Shown: piece after piece, positions 59,424-64,000 of the stretch
How the letters are laid out: each line of letters begins with the position of its first letter
How positions within the stretch are numbered: position 1 is the first letter of the stretch
Origin: Macrostomum hystrix
Lineage: Eukaryota; Animalia; Platyhelminthes
NCBI GenBank assembly: GCA_950097015.1
Contig: CATNEN010000002.1
Location: forward strand, 7,564,001 to 7,628,000
Direction of reading: 5' to 3'
DNA: 64,000 bases
The notes under the pieces: generated by a model
Seen by the model: only the letters and a program-made list of their open reading frames with translations
Database searches by the model: none
Told to the model about the DNA's origin: nothing
Position numbers and translations under genes: made by a program

Positions 59424-59819
59424 ATGACGGGCTTCGTAGCCGAGGTGGACGACTTCCTGTTGCACTCCAGCGGCAACAGCCTGCAGCTGTGCGCCTTCGC
59501 AACTCTGCTGGTGTTCCCCGGTTCCGCTGGCCTCTTGATAGTCGGCGGAGCCTTCCTGACAGATGTCCGGCTGAGAGGCCGCTACAACTGGCTACTGCCC
59601 TGCTCAGTGCTCATGCTCAGCCTCGGCCTGGCCCTGCTCATCATCGGCAGCGGGGTGATTGCGCGCCTCTGCCGGTCGCATCGGAGGCAGCAGCGACGTC
59701 GCCGACGGCTCCAGTTGATGTTGAGCGACGCTGGCGGCGCCGGAGCCGCCGGTGCCGCGGCCCTGAGCTGGCAGCCGTTTCGAGATGGCGTCATCGGTGC
59801 GAGCGCCTCACTTGTTTAA
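59424..59819 (+). CDS. Small two-TM membrane protein, unknown family
   Basis: GC-rich 131-aa ORF; two hydrophobic segments then RRQQRRRRR (positive-inside). Confidence 0.55.
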   Translation: MTGFVAEVDDFLLHSSGNSLQLCAFATLLVFPGSAGLLIVGGAFLTDVRLRGRYNWLLPCSVLMLSLGLALLIIGSGVIARLCRSHRRQQRRRRRLQLMLSDAGGAGAAGAAALSWQPFRDGVIGASASLV

Positions 59820-60049
59820 CCTGGGCCTCAATGTGAATTCCTGGAAGTACATGAGAGTTTGACATTGTAAATAGCAATTATTGCAACTGTATTAGCTGTA
59901 CATTAGGCCGAGTGGCTACAAAAAGTATTATGTAACTGCAGTCTGGCTCATTCTTATCACAGCAGTTTTAATTTGCAGTCCTAGACCCACAGATCTCATG
60001 AGCATGTTCTCACAAAGTTTTCGACTATTCTCAAACGGCTCATTCTCAC

Positions 60050-61680
60050 CGTATTTGACGATTCTCCTAGTTCCCGGACGTTTCTCTAGGTCTCGGACGA
60101 TTCTTCTTGTTCTCGGACGATTCTCCTTGTTCCCGGACGTTTCTCTTGGTCTCGGACGATTCTCCTAGGTCTCGGATGATTATCGTAGGTCTCTGACGAT
60201 TCTCCTTGTTCTCAGACGATTCTCCTAGGTCTCGGACGATTCTCATTTGTTCTCAGACGATTATCCTTGTACTCAGACGATTATCGTAGGTCTCTGACGA
60301 TACTCCTTGTTCTCAGACGATTCTCCTTGTTTCTCAGACGATTCTCCTTGTTCTCAGACAATTATCATTGTTCTTAGACGATTATCCTTGTACTCAGACG
60401 ATTATCGTAGGTCTCTGACGATACTCCTTGTTCTCAGACAATTTTCCTTGTTCTCAGATGGTTCTCCTAGGTCTCGGACGATTCTCCTTGTTCTCAGACG
60501 ATTCTCCTAGGTCTCGGACGATTTTCCTTGTTCTCAGACGATTCTCCTTGTTCTCAGACGATTCTCCTTGTTCTCAGACGATACTCCTTGTTCTCAGACG
60601 ATACTCCTTGTTCTCAGACGATACTCCTTGTTCTCAGACGATACTCCTTGTTCTCAGACGATACTCCTTGTTCTCAGACGATACTCCTTGTTCTCAGACG
60701 ATACTCCTTGTTCTCAGACGATTCTCCATGTTCTCAGACGATTCTCCTTGTTCTCGGACGATTCTCATTTGTTCTCAGACGATTCTCCTAGGTCTCGGAC
60801 GATTTTCCTTGTTCTCAGACGATTCTCCTTGTTCTCAGACGATTCTCCTTGTTCTCGGACGATTCTCATTTGTTCTCAGACGATTCTCCTTGTTCCCGGA
60901 CGTTTCTCTAGATCTCGGAATATTCTCGTAGGTCTCTGTCAATTCTTACAAGTCTTTGGACGATTCTCCTTGTTCTCAGACGATACTCCTTGTTCTCAGA
61001 CGATACTCCTTGTTCTCAGACGATACTCCTTGTTCTCAGACGATTCTCCATGTTCTCAGACAATTTTCCTTGTTCTCAGATGGTTCTCCTAGGTCTCGGA
61101 CGATTCTCCTTGTTCTCAGACGATTCTCCTAGGTCTCGGACGATTTTCCTTGTTCTCAGACGATTCTCCATGTTCTCAGACGATTCTCCTTGTTCTCAGA
61201 CGATTCTCCTTGTTCTCAGACGATTCTCCATGTTCTCAGACGATTCTCCTTGTTCTCAGACGATTCTCCATGTTCTCAGACGATTCTCCTTGTTCTCAGA
61301 CGATTCTCATTTGTTCTCAGACGATTTTCCTTGTTCTCAGACGATTCTCCTTGTTCTCAGACGATTCTCCTTGTTCTCAGACGATTCTCATTTGTTCTCA
61401 GACGATTCTCCTTGTTCTCAGACGATTCTCCTTGTTCTCAGACGATTCTCCTTGTTCTCAGACGATTCTCCTTGTTCTCAGACGATTCTCCTTGTTCTCA
61501 GACGATTCTCATTTGTTCTCAGACGATTCTCCTTGTTCTCAGACGATTCTCCTTGTTCTCAGACGATTCTCCTTGTTCTGAGACGATTCTCCTTGTTCTC
61601 AGACGATTCTCCTTGTTCTAAGACGATTCTCCTAGGTCTCGGACGATTCTCATTTGTTCTCGGACGATTTTCCTAGGCAT
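60050..61680. repeat. 20-bp minisatellite (TTCTCCTTGTTCTCAGACGA)
   Basis: Direct reading. Confidence 0.96.
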
Positions 61681-62321
61681 TCCCAATTCCAAGACGATTC
61701 ACCAATGAACGAGTAGCTAACAAATGATGTCCTCTGATGTCCTATTTCACGAAAAGTTAAGTTTTTCAAAACGCCTTAGTAAAGCTACGAGTATTTGTAG
61801 ATTTTAATATTATATTGCTTATACCGGATTTATATAGTATCAAATTTACTTCAAGAAGACGATTGTTGTGTATCGGAATTTTTTCGTATCGAAGTCGTGA
61901 TATTAAACAAAAAGCGCGCCGTTTCAAAGCATGAAAAAATAGTAATTTTATTTTTTTAAATTTCAAATCCGAGTTCTCAATTAAAATAAAGCCATTTTAT
62001 TTTTTGAATGTCTGTTCTATATTCTGTTCAAATATGGGCAGGTTAATTGCATTTTCACTCTTGCTTCCTCTCGCATCATCTCGTTTTTGTTAGATTTTTT
62101 TTACCAAAATCATATTTAAAGACAAGACAAAACAGCTTTGAAATGTTTGTCAACAAGTTCTAAAATAGTGCGTAATACGCCAGCATTAGCATGATAGTAG
62201 TATACATTGCGAAGTATCACATTAATTTATTTATATCACAATGAATTAAGGAGAAACGCAATTGTCCCTGTTGAATGGTAATCAAGCTTTCTTGTTGTTC
62301 CATTCAAGTTTGGGTTTTCAT

Positions 62322-62535
62322 TGGTGGGGTCAATGAATCGGCGGTTTGACTCTCTGAGGTCCCTGAGCTCGAATCCGCGACTGCAAATAATTTGGGCATA
62401 GAATGCTTTACGCCCACGAGGTCCAAAACCCAAGGCACAGAGTGTCCACTCAGTGTGTGCTCAGGAGTGGGCAGAATTGCCTACTCGCTAGCGGTGGGTC
62501 GACTGTCACCAAAGGATGTGCCAAATGATTATTAA
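62322..62535 (+). mobile_element. SINE family A, diverged near-complete copy
   Basis: GGTCCCTGAGCTCGAATCCGCG head; GTGTGTGCTCAGGAG..GGCAGAATTGCCT.CTCGCT; ATTATT tail. Confidence 0.75.
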
Positions 62536-62703
62536 AAGGTTCATATGTGCAGCAGTGGGGCCAGAGAATCATCAGTCAGACAAATTTGTCAAGAAAAACC
62601 AAAATTAGAGTTTAAATTTACTAATTAGGAAGCAACAACGGTCCGAGGTCTGATTGGTGATTTGACCTTGAGTATTCCCGACTCCCTCCTGTCATCTCGC
62701 TGG

Positions 62704-64000
62704 CTATTCAACCCGCCAGAAAGCCCCGACAGAGTTCAGCGGAATCGCAACTTGCTCGTCCTTCGGTCCCATAATGTCCATGGACCCATCCTGGGGCGCG
62801 AACCAATGACGCCAGCGGCCGCGCGGAAATCGAACAAGGCGGGTCGTGACTCCGGGCTCCAGCACGGGCGCTGCCAGGACCGACGGTCCCAGGAAGAACT
62901 GGTCCGCGCTGTCTGGCCTGCCTCCTTCGAGCCACCACATTGGCCGCAGCAGGGGGTCCCCGTTGCTTAGCAACTCAGCCAGGCCGGAGTCCATGTTCTG
63001 ACGGAATCGAGGCTCGCTGCGAATCGACAGAAGGCGTCTGGTGATGTTCACGACCTCCTGGGGTTGGATGGTTGAGGTGCTGAAAGCTCACTGGGGTTGG
63101 ATGGTTGAGGTGCTGAAAGCTCACTGGGGTTGGATGGTTGAGGTGCTGAAAGCTCACTGGGGTTGGATGGTTGAGGTGCTGAAAGCTCACTGGGGTTGGA
63201 TGGTTGAGGTGCTGAAAGCTCACTGAGGTTGGATGGTTGAGGTGCTGAAAGCTCACCTACTTTGTAGAAGCGTCCATTTTGATACCAGTACGAAAGACTA
63301 GAAGAGTATTTTTAATACCAAAATTTTAATTTTCCATTGTCTCCCAAAATATTCAACCCATCGCCTACTACTTTAAGTAGACATGCAGGAACTCGGCTGG
63401 ATCGGGTTAAGATTCGAGCTCGCGACCCCTCGGTCAAATGCCAGAAGCATCCATTTTGTTCCTTAAGCGCCTCCCAATCTCACAGAGATCCCTAAAATTG
63501 TCAAGGATCCCCTGACGGTCACCTCATCGTAGTGCCAGGGTGGCACAGACAGCTGCAGGGAGGGCATGAGCACTGCGGCCTGCAGCCAGCGCAAGTACAG
63601 CTCCCGCTCCGGGTAGCAGAGGCCGTCGAGGCCGTCCGGTCCCTGGCAGTAGGCATTGCCGCCCACCATGTCAGGCAGGTGGAAATTGTAGCCAATCAAG
63701 CAGTGCATCAGCGCCGATGTCACCATGGCCTTCAGCCCGTTGTCCAGGCCCCAGTGAGAGTCCTTGTCTATGGCCCGAACCATCAGCGGCAGTTGCTGGG
63801 CTCGGAAGCCGACCCGAACCTCCTGTCGACGCTTCAGCTGGTCGAGTCGGACTCCAAACTCGGCCCAGGCGCGGGCAAACCAGCCCGGGTTGGTTCGGTT
63901 GTTGAAGCCGCGCAAGCGAGAGTTCGTTGGCAGCCAGTTGAACTCGCCGGCGTCCAGCTTGAAGGAGTCGACGCCAAAGTCTGTCTGGAGGCTCTGAAGC
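62704..64000 (-). CDS. MYORG: GH31 glycosidase, MYORG-like (3' part; last exon 63057-62704, previous exon ends 63523)
   Basis: LPDMVGGNAY (acid/base Asp motif), RELYLRWLQAAVLMPSLQLSVPPWHYD, GDPLLRPMWW, DQFFLGPSVLAAPVLEPG. Confidence 0.85.
63058..63256 (-). repeat. 33-bp minisatellite, 6 copies, ending at the GH31 acceptor
   Basis: Sense unit GTGAGCTTTCAGCACCTCAACCATCCAACCCCA. Confidence 0.95.

Noticed and set aside
56288-61676. Long plus-strand ORFs over the 30-, 35- and 20-bp arrays
   Set aside because: Stop-poor repeat translations overlapping in several frames

Overview
Eukaryotic, intron-rich, repeat-dense animal DNA. The GC-rich exons, minisatellite-filled introns and SINE set suggest a flatworm such as Macrostomum, but that is inference only. 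Host genes: a 9-exon glutamate decarboxylase (minus), an ANKRD63/34-like ankyrin gene (plus), a GPR157/cAMP-receptor-like GPCR (minus, 5' end not found), intronless RPP21, a small 2-TM ORF, and the 3' end of a MYORG-like GH31 glycosidase. The middle (25.7-52.9 kb) is a TE/satellite nest. It holds two polar 16-bp satellite arrays with a 2250-bp higher-order duplication, an orphan 343-aa ORF with a triplicated 1076-bp downstream unit, a 5'-truncated RTE LINE with TSD, a TTAA-flanked MITE, a decayed Ty3/gypsy carrying a nested TATA...TATA solo-LTR-like insert, and a mini-Tc1. Best lead: a young Ty3/gypsy element (46121-52866; apparently identical 589-bp LTRs, 4-bp TSD, tRNA-Leu PBS, -1 frameshift). 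Its open pol encodes PR-RT-RNase H but no integrase core, its Gag has a Q/N/Y prion-like tract, and it carries an extra unknown ORF with its own TATA promoter. Second theme: several intronic minisatellites are tandem copies of splice-junction motifs in the host sense orientation. All comparisons were made by eye; no database searches were run.
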